Shown here: positions 1 to 13,015 of the stretch, in pieces | Numbering within the stretch: position 1 is the first letter of the stretch | Layout: every line of letters begins with the position of its first letter | Assembly: GCA_003693705.1 (NCBI GenBank) | Contig: RBZT01000348.1 | Span: 88,886 to 152,885 of the forward strand | From: Polymyxa betae A26-41 | Lineage: Eukaryota; Protista; Endomyxa: Phytomyxea | DNA: 64,000 nucleotides | Direction of reading: 5' to 3' | The notes under the pieces: generated by a model | Told to the model about the DNA's origin: nothing | Databases searched by the model: none | Seen by the model: only the letters and a program-made list of their open reading frames with translations | Program-made: the position numbers and the translations under genes

Positions 1-1
1 A

Positions 2-238
2 TACAACTCATTCCTCGGAGAAACTCCAGCACCGGCTACAACATCTACCGGAGCGCCCGCTGATACTCCATCGGCTGCTAACCCTGGGCAGCAGAATGAC
101 GGAAGTATCCAGCAAAACAAAGGTACTCCAGTTTCCACTCCAACACCCCAAACCAGCGACGCCAGCCTCAAGATCAACAGCATTTGGGTTGTGATTTGCA
201 CTGTCATATGCATGGCGATGGTCCCATATCTACTGTAA
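2..238 (+). CDS. 3' end of a probable GPI-anchored or membrane-tethered surface protein (partial)
   Basis: Frame 2 reads YNSFLGETPAPATTSTGAPADTPSAANPGQQ...PTPQTSDASLKINSIWVVICTVICMAMVPYLL*. This is a Pro/Thr/Ser-rich stalk, a small-residue omega-like site (SDA) and a hydrophobic tail, followed by AATAAA near 270. Confidence 0.65.
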   Translation, partial: YNSFLGETPAPATTSTGAPADTPSAANPGQQNDGSIQQNKGTPVSTPTPQTSDASLKINSIWVVICTVICMAMVPYLL

Positions 239-328
239 ATAACGATGACGATTCGATAGTTCAATTGTTCAATAAAGTGCGTTCTTATTGCGGCTACCTA
301 CAGGCTTACATTGCACATTTCCTTCTGC

Positions 329-3300
329 ATGGACATTGAAGAAGGGAGCGGAGTCATCTTGCTTTTCGTAACAGGTTTCATATGGTAGGCTCACTGTCAT
401 ATTATAAAGGTTCAGACCTTCGGTCGTTGCATTCTGGCCTGCTTGCGGCCGACTCTTTTAAAAACAAAGCTGTAATTAATTTCAATTGTTTTGGAATGAT
501 TCCTGAACCGTCGGGCTAGGCTGCTCTGACAGCGCTCTGCGAATATCTGTCTGAACCTTCAAATCAGCTTGATTTGACCACAAATACAAGCAAACTTGTT
601 GTATCACATACTGATATTCCAAGTCGGATTTTCGCTTTAAATGACTAGATTACTCACAGTCGTGTCTTAGAGGGAACCCTGACATGGATCGACATTGTGA
701 AAGCCTCCCTTCGGGCTATCAATATGAAATCAACGTCAACGTTTTCTATGACAAAACTGACAATGTGGACTGATTTCAAGAATTTGATCTCGATTTCTGA
801 AACATGTAAGAGGCACTCGTTTCCCAAGGTCGCTGTTCTCAGATTATCTTTCAGACGGAAAGTTCTTATGCAGTCCAGGATTTCTGAATGTATTACTATC
901 GTTCCTGATATCATCCTTCCAAGATTGCATCTCTCACGCTAATCAAGCCCGACTGTTGGTCCCTATTGTGGACTTGATCAAATTGGTTCTAAGCCCTGTC
1001 GAATATCAAGCTGAGATAAGTGAGAAGAACTACTCGGGTGTGTGTTTGCTCGTAATTTTCAAGCTGCGCTTGGTAACTCGACAAAATCAGATTTATTTGC
1101 AATTTTTTCGAAGAATCTGCTGACTCTTTGCAGTAATCAGGTTTGTGTAATTTGTATGCGTTTGGTCGGTATCTAATGTCATAGGACACCAAAGACCCCT
1201 TTAGCGCTGAAGAACTACAGTTTGGACGTTCGAGCCCGAAGTCGTGCGTCCAGGTTCTTCATCACGTTTTATGTCAGTAGACTGAGCTCACTCTTTCGTC
1301 AGGTTATCTACAAAGTGCTTTTAAGCTATCCATATGATATTTATCCCTTTCTGGAAGATGACGTTTTCCCGTTCTTTTTGAAGTTCTTCAAGCTAAAACC
1401 GTAAAAAACACATTTTCACGTATGTCTCGCTAACTGTTTTCTGTTTCAGAAAAGATTGCCCTTCATCTGGAGAGGCGATCCAGTCTTTGGTCTGGTAAGA
1501 GTTTCATTGTAATATGTGACATGATTTATCAATTACGAATAGTGTGCTCCGCTCCCATGCGCTCTCAGCCACACTGCCTTTTACATCATTTTTCAACGAT
1601 GTACTTCCTTTCATATCCGATATGATAATTAATTCATCACATACGTTTCTGGTAATGATCAATCAATGTCTCCAGCGAATTTTAATGTGTAATTTAGGGC
1701 TCTTTAATAGAGCTTGCACAGGTTGGGCTTGATGTGTTTTTTCAAATTGGCGAACTGCAAAATCTGATCGAATCACGTCGAGCGTGTCTTTCGGAGATTC
1801 GATCTGCCATACTAGAATCCGTTGCTAACCTTGTAATCCTCTCTTAAATCATTTAGTCTCGGAATAACAGCTGCTAGGATGTGCAAGCAAATGCGGTTTA
1901 TCACAACTGTGGCATCAACATTGTTTTGAGTCTGAATTCGCATCGGCTATCGATGATCCGACTGGCAGCGACGCTTCTAAATTTGATTCCCATTGAGATT
2001 TTCGATCCTGATGTTGCCGAAGAGATTTCCCGATCGGTAAATACGGCTTGCTCATCACCGTTGACGATGCTCTTCATCTTTCCGCTGATCCGTCTTTAGC
2101 CTCCACCAAGTAAGCGCCGCCGAGTTGCTGCACAATGCGCATGGACGAATGTGTTCTCATGCGATCCAATTCCGTTGCCGTCTCTCTGGCTACTGTTCGT
2201 TTATATTTGTAATCACCATGCTCAACTGTCCATATCTTTCATTGATCGGATCTTGACACGATTGGCTTCTAGCATTAAACAGGCATTTCGCTCTTTATCT
2301 GTAATTCACTGGGTGCTAATTTTCGGCAGTGGATTGGAATGACGGTTTCCTGCGAATTGACACTTACTTGGTTAACCGCATGCACACGAGTCGCTTCTGA
2401 TGCATACCGGTTAAGCTCACCGAAACCCTGGCCTGGTTCAGAGCAACTTCTTACAGTTGTACTTGGTTGGCCTGACATCTTCAATACAAAAAGTATTTCT
2501 TTGAGTGCTCAGGTCAGTTTTGGGAACTCTCTAAATCAACGATTCGTTCACTTTTGCTTGTAAGGTTTCGCGGTTGTTATTATCTCTAATAACCGAAAGC
2601 ACATTCAACATTGAGTCCGAAATTGGATCGAAGCTCAGACAGAAGAATAGCACGATCGATCCATTTTCTGCCCTTCTATTGGCAGTCATTACTCAAGGTG
2701 ACAATCAATTTATTCTTTTTCAATCTTGTTGTCTAAAAGTGGTAGGTGCCGACAAACAGGCGATTGAACGCCGCCAAGAGCGATGTTCATTCATCCTTGC
2801 CTCACTTGTTGATTACAATGAGCCAATTATCAACAATGAGCTCGTCGATTTCGAGTTAGTTTCCCTGTGTCACCAGTTTCAGGTATGTTTATTTGAGCAT
2901 GTTTGCCGTTCTGATGGCGGTCTCGCCTAGGCTGAATGCATCCAGCAAGCTCTATTGCTCCTGATTGGAAATTCGTCGAGTGCTTCTCTGAAAATGAGTT
3001 TCAGTGAGCTCTTAGAATCTCCTTTACCCGTGCTGCGAAAAGGTGCTTTGCAAGCTACGGGTCATTCTGTGCATTAAACACGAATTCAGACGAAGAGCTC
3101 GGATTTATTGACTTTCAGCGAAAATGGCTACCTGCTTCGGTCGAGCAAATTACAACTACAATCAAGCTGTCTCACCCCGGAAATCCAATTGCCTCGCTCT
3201 TGGACAATGATATTTTGCAGCTAATCTCCCAGTCGATGTATTTTTCATTCACCCAGCTGGTTCGGATACTTCAACTGACATATGCTGTTGCTCCTGGCTG

Positions 3301-6300
3301 TGCTCCGGATCTGATACAGAAGATATGCTCGTATCATATAGGTAAGTTTCCCAAATTCGAGTACTATTGGCGACTGTGCCTAAGTTTAATGCAGGCAAAA
3401 TCACAGAAATTTCAAATGCTGATATCTTCTCACTCCACCATTTGAAGAGCATCATCTTAAGATATCCAGGGAACGACTCGTTTCTTTCGCTATATGAACC
3501 GCTGGTGCACTTGTTGTCGATCGTTTGTAAAAGGCTTGAAAATCTGTTTTGCCAGCCTCGATCAGCTGGCTACTCGCTCGTTGGAGCACAGAGTATTTTG
3601 TGCTTGAATCGAAGACGCTTGACGGTTTGAATGTTTCCTTAGATGACGATAAATATGTTGCTGCGATTGTGGTAATCTGTGAGATACTCAAGCTAGTTGG
3701 ATGCTCTCAGTCTCTTGAAGAGTATGGATTACCTCTTTTTCGTTGCCAAGCTTTCAGAGCGGCTTATGCTGTACTGAACTGTTGCTCTCAGTCTGCATCG
3801 ACTTTTCTTGAAGTGGTTCGCGATTCCGGACTATCGTAAGTTCTTCCATAGCACTGAAATTGAGTTTTAAGTTTGAGCCCAGCTCTGTTGGTCGAAATCT
3901 TTGTGTGATCAACATGTCTATTTCCATCTTACCGCAAGTGCTTCGAAGCTCGAAAAGTCAAGCTGCCGTACAGCACTACAACAACATGATAAAACGCGTC
4001 CGTTTTCCGGATAGTCCTGAGATCGTCGAAAATGAACTTCCTCGCTCTAGCCGTATAGTCTTTTTCAAGGCCGGATCTGCATTCATTGACTTCTACAAAA
4101 ACAAACCCGCAGACGAGTTCGATCCGGATGTAAGTTGTTAATTCCCTTATCTTCTCTCTTTGGGCTTATTTCTATATAGGAGATTACTCTTGAGGGGTGT
4201 GCGGATCTATGTTATTCGGTTCGTTATTTCTGTGGAAGTTATGCTATAACTTCCATCAGTAACGTTTCGACAACAGTCCAATTACAGAGGCTCTTTATTT
4301 CGAAATTTTTCAATTGGCTGAATGACTCTTTAAGCGATTCGCAAGGCCCCGATCATGTTCGGTACTGGCTTAAAACGTTGGATTTGTCTGAAACTTTCTT
4401 TAGGGTCGTATTGTAACGATCCTAAAAACTGCTACAGAGTTGGCCAAGGTCATCGATTTTGCAGTTCAGCCTTCATTTAGCATTTTATGTCAGGCTTCGC
4501 TGCGATCCTATCCTCTTTGCTCGAGGTATAATGCATTTAAACATCTTCGCTTTCAAAAAGAACTGTTCCTAGGACTATCGCTAATCGCTGCTTGTCGGAT
4601 TTGGGCTTGCATTTTGGTCAATCACCAGACCGTATCTTGTCTTGCGATTTCGAAGAAATTTTCAGTATCTTCCTGGACTGTAATAACGCTCCAAGTCTAG
4701 ACCTTATCAAGCAGTTTCCTTTAGAATTATTTATATCAAATTCTGGCTGTTCTCCGAGTATTTTAGGTAATCTCGCGAGTGTATTAACTTCCTTATCTAA
4801 ACTTTCTGGATAGATCTTGATGATATCCCATTATACTTCGCTCAGCGAGTCATAAGTTCCCTGCACTATGTGGATCAGTGCAGAGGGACCAAACTGGTGG
4901 ATGCACTACTGTATAATAACAGGAAAGCGTCCAAGACTCGGAGGAGGGTTGAAAGTTTTTTGTGCTCCCGCATCCTGATAATGATCCAAAACAAGAAATC
5001 CAGCCTTCCAATTCGTTTGCCAAAGGTGAGGTTTTCATGTTTAATCATCCTTCTTTAAATATTTTGATAGAGCTTATTATCCACTGATACATCTTCCTCG
5101 GTCACCGACCCCAATGAAATTATGCTCGGTATTATTCAGGTAACCTATGAGTTATATCATAATAGCTGGAGGCGGTTATCGTCTCTGATTTCAATGATAT
5201 CGCAGGGCTTGTCATTACGTGAGCCGTTTGGAATTGCACCCGACAATTTACCTGAAGTTTTTAACAAGTTATCGTCGCAATTTAGGTAGTTGTGTCCCAC
5301 TTTTCCAAATCAATACTAGAAGCCCTTTAGATTCGACTCGGTTGCACAACTATATCTCAGCCCTGATGAATCCGGAAGGACAGTCTATAATCTGTTGGTG
5401 TCTTTTCGTCATTTATTTGCAGACACTTGTCCCTGGCAAAGTTTTCGTCTAACAAATTTGGTACAAAATGCATTCAGTATATGCCCATGGCGGTTGATCT
5501 TTCTCAGGTTCGATCCTTGGCCGTGCTTGCCGCAGCCTCGTCTTTTCAGCAATGTTTGATTATACCTGCCATATTACAGCAGTTTCTCTCAGTTTGTATT
5601 TGGGTTGCCTTTGACCTTAAGCAGCACACTATATTGTTACCCACCATTCGCTCCTTTATAAACAACGCTCATGAAAAGGACGAAACTCGTAAGTTATGTT
5701 TTTGAAGGCATTTAATTGCAGTAATTTTCCTTAGTGTTGGAGCCATTCCATTTTGATCTGTGGTCGGTATTTCAGCTAGCCGAAACGAGAGCGCCGGAAT
5801 GGCTAGAAGCTGCTTGTCGCTTGAAAGGTTCGTCAGAGGTGATATTGCACGTTGTACTGTACTAAGTTGCTTAGGATCACTCTCTGAAGAATTGGGCATC
5901 TTCCTTCTCCGGCAACCAGAGCAAGCCATTGTCAGGTCGGAGCTGGTAAATCAAATTCGCCTCCGACGTCTGCTTCAGTAAAACGAATACTACCCGAGCG
6001 TCCTATTAGCTAACAATTACATTCAGAGTTATCTCGGATCGTCACTATTCTCAGCAAACCGTACAAGATTCGCTATGGAGTCGGGTATTGCACGAGTTAG
6101 CATTTATTTCAGGAAACCTTGGCCAGAAAGAGGTTTATCGTTATTGGATTTAACAACTGGTATTGACTCAATTCAGAAGAGATTGGCTACAAGAGCGCTC
6201 GGGTCTGTCTCGATTTTTTTAGGACAATCGAAGTTTCAGCGGCTGTTTCATACTAGCCGCATTTATACCAAGAATGCAATGGACATTGCCGAACGAAATA

Positions 6301-9300
6301 GGTGATTCATTCTGCTCTTTCGAAGTTAAATTTCCAACTCAAACGACTTCAGAACTGTTCTTTCGCATCTATGCAGTTCGCTTCAGCATCCCGACCCGGA
6401 AATAGTCTCGCTTTCAGTCGCTTGTTTAGAAACCATTGTTGGAGGAAAGCCAATCGAGACCTTGAATACTTCACATCCTCAGCTGCTTACTCCTTTCTGC
6501 AAAGTATGAAAATAACTCTCGCTGATTTTTCTCAAACATGTTTCCTAGGTAACGTTCGCACCGCAGCGAACTGACAAATTTGATTCAAAGATGATTCGCA
6601 TTCCAGAGGATCATGCTTTCAGCTCTTGGATTTCAGAACTATCGTCACTGCTATGTCTTGCATCTGAAGATGACATTCTTCGGAGTATGCATAAGCTAGT
6701 TCTACACGATCCAATGACAGCAGAGCTCATATTTCCACATTTGGTAGGGGGATGCTTGTCATTCTTCGCAAGGCTGTAAGGCTTTTCAGATCATAGACAA
6801 AGTTTCAGCTGCAGCAAAAACTGGCAAAACACGAATTGAAAACCCTATCGTTCCGCTTCTGCTTAAACTCTTTAACAGTATTGCTAAGCAAGCTTCCGAT
6901 CCAGCCAATGGTTTGCGGTTCGGTAAATCTCTGACGGTGGCCTTATCAGCTCTGCTCCAGATTTGTCACCAAAGGGTTTTTATTTAACGATATCTGCTTC
7001 CAAACTTACCGTTTTATAGATGGTTGTAGAAAAGGCACCATGGCGTGCCTCCCAAAGTAGAGGCAGCAAATCTCTAAATAGTGCCTCCAACATCTCTGCG
7101 CTAGAAAGTACAATGATTTTTTCGTGATGTTTTTGTTGTTTTAAACAAATTTGACGCAGGCGGATTTAATATGCTCAATTTTGCAGAAGCCTGTGTATTG
7201 CATTCAAGGCATTCTACAGCCTTTTTTTTCTTAACACTTTGGGCAGAAACACGTACAGCAGACTGCGTTAATGGACTTGCGTCTTTGCTGACGTCAAACG
7301 GTTACTAATGCAACTGCAGGCACTTCCCGCCCTGATAACTCTGCAGGTGATTTTTCAAGATATGACGAAGATCATCTGCGATTTAACCGGTTGCTTATCA
7401 GAGCGTGCTCGTTCTCGCTGGATTCAGACTTGCTGTAAATTCTGCATGACAGCAATGCCCGTTGATAATGGAAACTCTTAGATACGGTGCGTGTGTGAAT
7501 GATTTCTCTGAGGAGAGTGATCGCCTTCTCTACCGTCATCAAGGTTGCGGGAATATTTTAGCTACTTCAATATAGTGTCTGAACCGTTATTTAGGTGATT
7601 GGGTTCGTGCTCTGCAAACACATTCCAATGCCGTTACTTCGTCTTTCAACGGCGCGCCGGAGCATCTCCATGGCGTGCAGGAATCCCTCCGGAATCTTCA
7701 TTGCTACTCGTTGTTGAAATCGTACGTCAATGTTGCTTCGTACGTAAACGCAGCTTTAATTTGACGCTATAGATTTGCTGAACCTTCATCCCCATTCTTT
7801 TATGAGTCTGCTTGGAACAGCGCCGATTGGTCGATTGATGTTGATACACCAAGTCTATCAAATTTCAATGAGCACATTTACTGCACCTTTCAGGGCTTGG
7901 TGCTTGATAAGGACCGACATTATGTGGATTTTGTTCTGCTAAAGGCGCATGATACTGTGGCTGCATCTGCTTTGTCTTTCGACGAGCATTCAGCGTTGGC
8001 AAACGTTGCCGTCGATCAACTGGCAGTGCTTGCGCTGCTTGATGATGCAGTCCATACCGGCCAGCTGCCTGCACTATATAACGATGATCAGAGCGATTAT
8101 GTTCAAGGCGTTTTAAATGCACTATTGCTGGTTCGATCGGAACCAAACGAATACCGATCGCATTGCATCAAAATGTGTAGCCGTGCAATTGAGATCGGCA
8201 GTGAGAATCTAGCCATGTATTATTTGCACCGCACCCGCCAGATTGAGCAGGTCGTACCTGACCTCCAATTCAATATGAACCATGCTAAGCTTTTGTGGCT
8301 GCAAGGACAGCATGCTCGTGCTATCTTCAATATGAGCCATCTTGTGGATAGCTCTAGAGGTGAGAACGACCAAGATCTTATTGCTGATGGCAATCTCTGT
8401 ATTGCCCAATGGGCAGCCCATGCTCAATCGCACGAATATGATTTCATCAATGACCGGTTTGAAGACTAAAAATGTTGATCTCATAGTCGCTCTAAGAGCT
8501 GCTTCATTAGGTTTATCAGAGCATTAAGTGCAAAGGCATGCGGCTCAGGCCATTTTCATTTTGCATCATTTCAGGACAAAATGCTACAGCAAATGCTCGA
8601 TAAAGAGCACAGCACCGAAGATCAGCGTTTCGCGGAGTTGCATTCTGCAAGAGCTTTGGAGCTCAATCAACTAAAGCAGCAAGTTGAAGCACAGTCTGGT
8701 CGGCAATCAGACGAAACTGTAAAGAAACTCAAATTTTACATAAGATCGTTAGAGGTAAATGCATTTGCGAATTCGCTAATAGTTCATTTTTATATATTTC
8801 TGTGTTAGTTGCAATTCAATGAAGATGAAGCACTGCTAGAACGATGCCGAGTTAGAGTTGCAACACTTGCACAACAAGCTGTGCAGAATTATATTGTTTG
8901 CCTTCAACTCCACAATCAGCACGACTTGCAGGCTCTTTTCAGATTGATCTCGATTTGGTTTAGTCTGTATCAAAGGTTCGTGATCTGCAACTTTGATGCT
9001 CTTTTTTACGGTGCTGCCAGATTACCGTCGATATCGAAGCTGATTTTAAAGGAATTGAAATTGATCGATTCGGCCAAGTTCTTACCTCTCTTTGTTCAAA
9101 TCAGCTCTCGCCTACAAACCGTCAAAGATCCTCTCCAAAATAATTTGGACGCTCTTGATCCTACGTAAAATATCATTCCGTCACTCAGAATGCGATCCCA
9201 TCTGACGATGTTGTCCCAGGCAATTGTTTCATTCGTGCATCTACCAACTTGCTCTATACGTATTGTCTGAGCACCCTCATGTGGTAAGAGGTTGGGATAG

Positions 9301-11157
9301 TCTTATTAACATTTGGCTGATCATCTTCCTGCAGCACTCGTATGCTATTATTGCCCTTCGGAATCTGGAACGAGTTCCAGGGAAAGACCAACTTCAATAT
9401 GACATGAATACAAATAAGCAACAATCAGCCAGCAGTTTGCTCTGCACTCTTGCACAACAATCACCGCCTCTCGGTGCTCACATATCTGCCCAGGTAATAA
9501 TCAACTTGTTGCTGTTTTATGTTGACATTCGTGATTTCCAGCTGAAATTGAGTGAAGCCTATATTGAATTGTGCTCAAAGAAATGGGCTTCGAAGCAGAC
9601 CAGGATTGACTTGAAAACCACCACTTTGGGCAAATTACCGTGGGAAGATCTTCGGTTAGTTTGCGCTCCAACTCGGTAGACAAGTTTCTTGCAATGTGAT
9701 CCCTGATTGAATCTGATTACCAGCGGCTTGCCGTTATCATTTCGTGATAATTACGTCGATGCACTGGAGACATCGTACAGCATCGTATCGTTCGACCGAT
9801 ATGCAGAATTCAGCAAAACAGGTCTAAGCCGTCCAATCATTTTGACATTCACCTGTGCCGATGGCACCAAGCACCAGGTTGGTTTTAGTGAGGCAACGCC
9901 AAATATAAGACAATAAGATTGTTTAGGAGCTCATTAAACCGAACGACGATCTTCGGCAAGATGCAGTGATGGAACAAGTGTTCGATCTCGTGAACACTTT
10001 ACTGAGACATAATAATCGTGCCAGCAGAAATGGCTTAGAAATGAGAACATACAACGTGGTGCCTCTGACACCATGCGTCGGTTTAGTGCAATTTCTCACC
10101 AATACTCAAGCTCTAGGTTACAGCTAAATGATCGGAAACCTGCCTGTCACTCATGAACGTAATTTAGGCGATTATCTAAATCCAGCCCATCGCCGCTACA
10201 GGCCCAACGATTGGACACCGGATTATTGCAGGAGTAGAATTCAAGACGCAACAACGGCGAACGAACTTGATGTTTGCAATCAAAGATTCACATCATCCAT
10301 CAATCTGATAATTTGGTTCAGGTCTTCTTGTCGGTCGTGGAGCACTTCCGTCCAGTATTCCACCATTTCTTGCATGAGAATTTTTCAGACGCTCCGGCAT
10401 CGTGGCTGAGAGCTCAGCTTCGGTATACGAGAAGCGTCGCAGTCAGCAGTATGGTTGGATACATTGTTGGACTGGGTGATCGTCATTGTAGCAATATTCT
10501 CATCGATATGAATGATTTCACTTTGGTGCATATCGATTTAGGAATCGCCTTTGACCAAGGTATGGCGTGGCGTAAAATTTCTAACAACCGCCGAAATATT
10601 CGTTTAGGCAAACTATTAAAGAAACCGGAAAACGTTCCCTTCAGGCTAACACGTGATATTGTGGATGCTATGGGGGTTACAGGCGTTGAAGGCGTTTTTA
10701 GAAGGACGTGCGAGTTAGTGCTGTCCGTATTGAGAGAAAGCCAAGTACACGATATCTCAGACAAGATCCCTGAAAGCGCTTACTGAAATTTAGGACTCGA
10801 TACTAACATTGATTGGCGTGTTCAAGTTCGATCCACTCTACAAATGGTCAATTTCATCGAAAAAGCTGATGAGAGCCGATCAGGTCTGTTTATCTTACAA
10901 ACGATTTTGACAGAAAGGTTGAACGCCGATATCAGAGTTCTTCCGATTCCGCCGAAAACGGTGGTATTCTACAGTCCGAATCCAGTCCTGGCAATGTTAA
11001 TGCCGAGCGCGCCTGTCACGGTGTCAAACAGAAACTGGAAGGTCGGTTTGGAGGCGAGTTGCTCAGCGTTGAAGGCCAGGTTCGCAAGCTGATTGTCGAT
11101 GCGACCTCGCTCGCTAATCTAGCAACAATGTTCTGTGGATGGAGCGCTTTCTTATAA
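329..11157 (+). CDS. ATM: ATM/Tel1 PIKK serine/threonine kinase, many introns (start approximate)
   Basis: Kinase motifs [13 protein letters not shown] (~9945), [41 protein letters not shown] and [34 protein letters not shown] end [31 protein letters not shown] (TAA 11155-11157). FAT-like segment [10 protein letters not shown]. The upstream HEAT-like exons are assigned by continuity only. Confidence 0.9.
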
Positions 11158-11387
11158 ACCGGTGTTTGCCAGCGAATTCTGAATTGCAGTTTCTGGTGAT
11201 GATTACCTCATTTGCCTGGAATGAAGAATGGCTTACAGATCTTTAGACCAGATTTGCAGGTCGTTGAGTTCCCGCAGTTTCTATCCCCAAAGTATCATGG
11301 ACGGGAAACTGCGCGCTCTTCCAGTTCGTATCAAATCTAGCTTTGCCATCAAAGGCAAATCAGTGAAGCGTTGTCCATCACCAGCAG

Positions 11388-12288
11388 ATGGGACGTCGCA
11401 CCACACGCCAGAATTCTGCTCCGCGAATAGGTCATGTCGGCATATTGCTCGATTGTGATGAGCTGCGCTCGAAACATCCCGAGCTAATCGGGCAACTTGC
11501 GACCATCATTGCTTTGGAACAGGATGATCGTTGTCGTGTCCGCCTCGATAACAAAGCGGAAACAGAAACGGTTGTTCCGATCTCGACGTTCCTCTCTGAA
11601 TTCTCTTATCAACAACCTAATGATGGTTTTGAGATTAAAAAACCCAGAAGGAGTCCAGCTCGAAATTCGTTGAAAACCGAACATCTTGTACCTGCTTTTT
11701 CCTCTATCGAGCCAAATTTACTCGAAACAGCTCACGACCTGGCCATGCTGAAGGAAACTGCTCAACAACTAACCGCTTTGCATTCATCTTCTCCAATGCC
11801 GAAACGATCCAGCAATATGGAAGATTCGAAAACATATTGCTCTGTCTGTCTAATGCCTTATGATAACAACGCCATGATTCAATGTGATAGCTGTGATTGC
11901 TGGGTCCACGCCCAATGTGATGGTTCGCAGCCGGTATTTCACATTGTAAAGATTGAACTGACATTTTTGTAGGCATCAATTCCATAAAGTTATCTCGTCT
12001 ACGAAAAGATAAGAATGCTGAATATTTCTGCCCGGTTTGCAGGCAATCACCAAATTTGGCGCAAACCGATCAAGGGTCGAGCTTGCAATCGCCGGGGTAC
12101 TATGACGAAGATCTGTCTCCAGATAAGACATCAGGTGCCCAACATTTATCTTTGAATCCTGCACCTTCTAACATGCTATAGGAATTTTAACATCTATATG
12201 TGTGCTAGTTGCTAGCATTCAAGAAAATCGCAGGCGACTACGATTTCAACAACAGCAACAGCAACAAAATGGCGATTTTCTGACGTGA
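11388..12288 (+). CDS. PHD-finger protein
   Basis: CSVCLMPYDNNAMIQCDSCDCWVHAQCDG, then an intron, then INSIKLSRLRKDKNAEYFCPVC: a C4HC3 PHD. The last exon is Gln-rich and ends at TGA 12286-12288. Confidence 0.8.
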
Positions 12289-13015
12289 CGTATTAGTAAT
12301 TATATAGCCTGTTATTATTTATACTGTAAATTATATGAGGTATCAGTGAAATTTAAGTCTGCTTAGGTAGTCAAACATTGAGTTATTTACATCACGTTTG
12401 TGTCCGCCTCCAGCACACACTTGTTGGATGGTTTCTGATGTTATGCGTTTCATGTTTTGGGCAACTGAAGAAAAACAATTTTGATGATCTTCGTTTTATC
12501 TTAATCAGATATCCTCTTCCAGTCTGTCTCCGCATCTAGCTTCGAGTAAATGGCTTCGTCAGTTGGTTTCGGCCATTCTGTTTCGCCCATATAGTACTTT
12601 GGAATCACATGAAAACCCCCATGAAGTGGATATTTCATTGTAGCATACTGTTCTGGTGGAGCGATTTTGTTTTGATTATCTTAATCACGGTCCAGCATAA
12701 TTTCAGTCAAATCGAAGCTTTTTTGTTGGAAAACCTTTTTGTTGTGCTCTTGATTTGAAATCTCGGCTAAATTTCACTGTCAATATTTTTTGGAGATACT
12801 GTTCAGTTCGCCTTTGTATTGTATTGTATGCAGGCCTAATCGAAACAGGGTAGTCTCCGGAGCACCTGGCAGTGGCAGTCCCAGCACTAAAACATCAAAC
12901 GTAGTGAAACCCTTTTGAAAGGTATATTAATTTTCAGGCAGAATCCAGTGCACAGATGCGGGAAAATGTCAAGTCCATTTTGGCCAACATATTAGGCTAT
13001 GCATAACACTATTCA

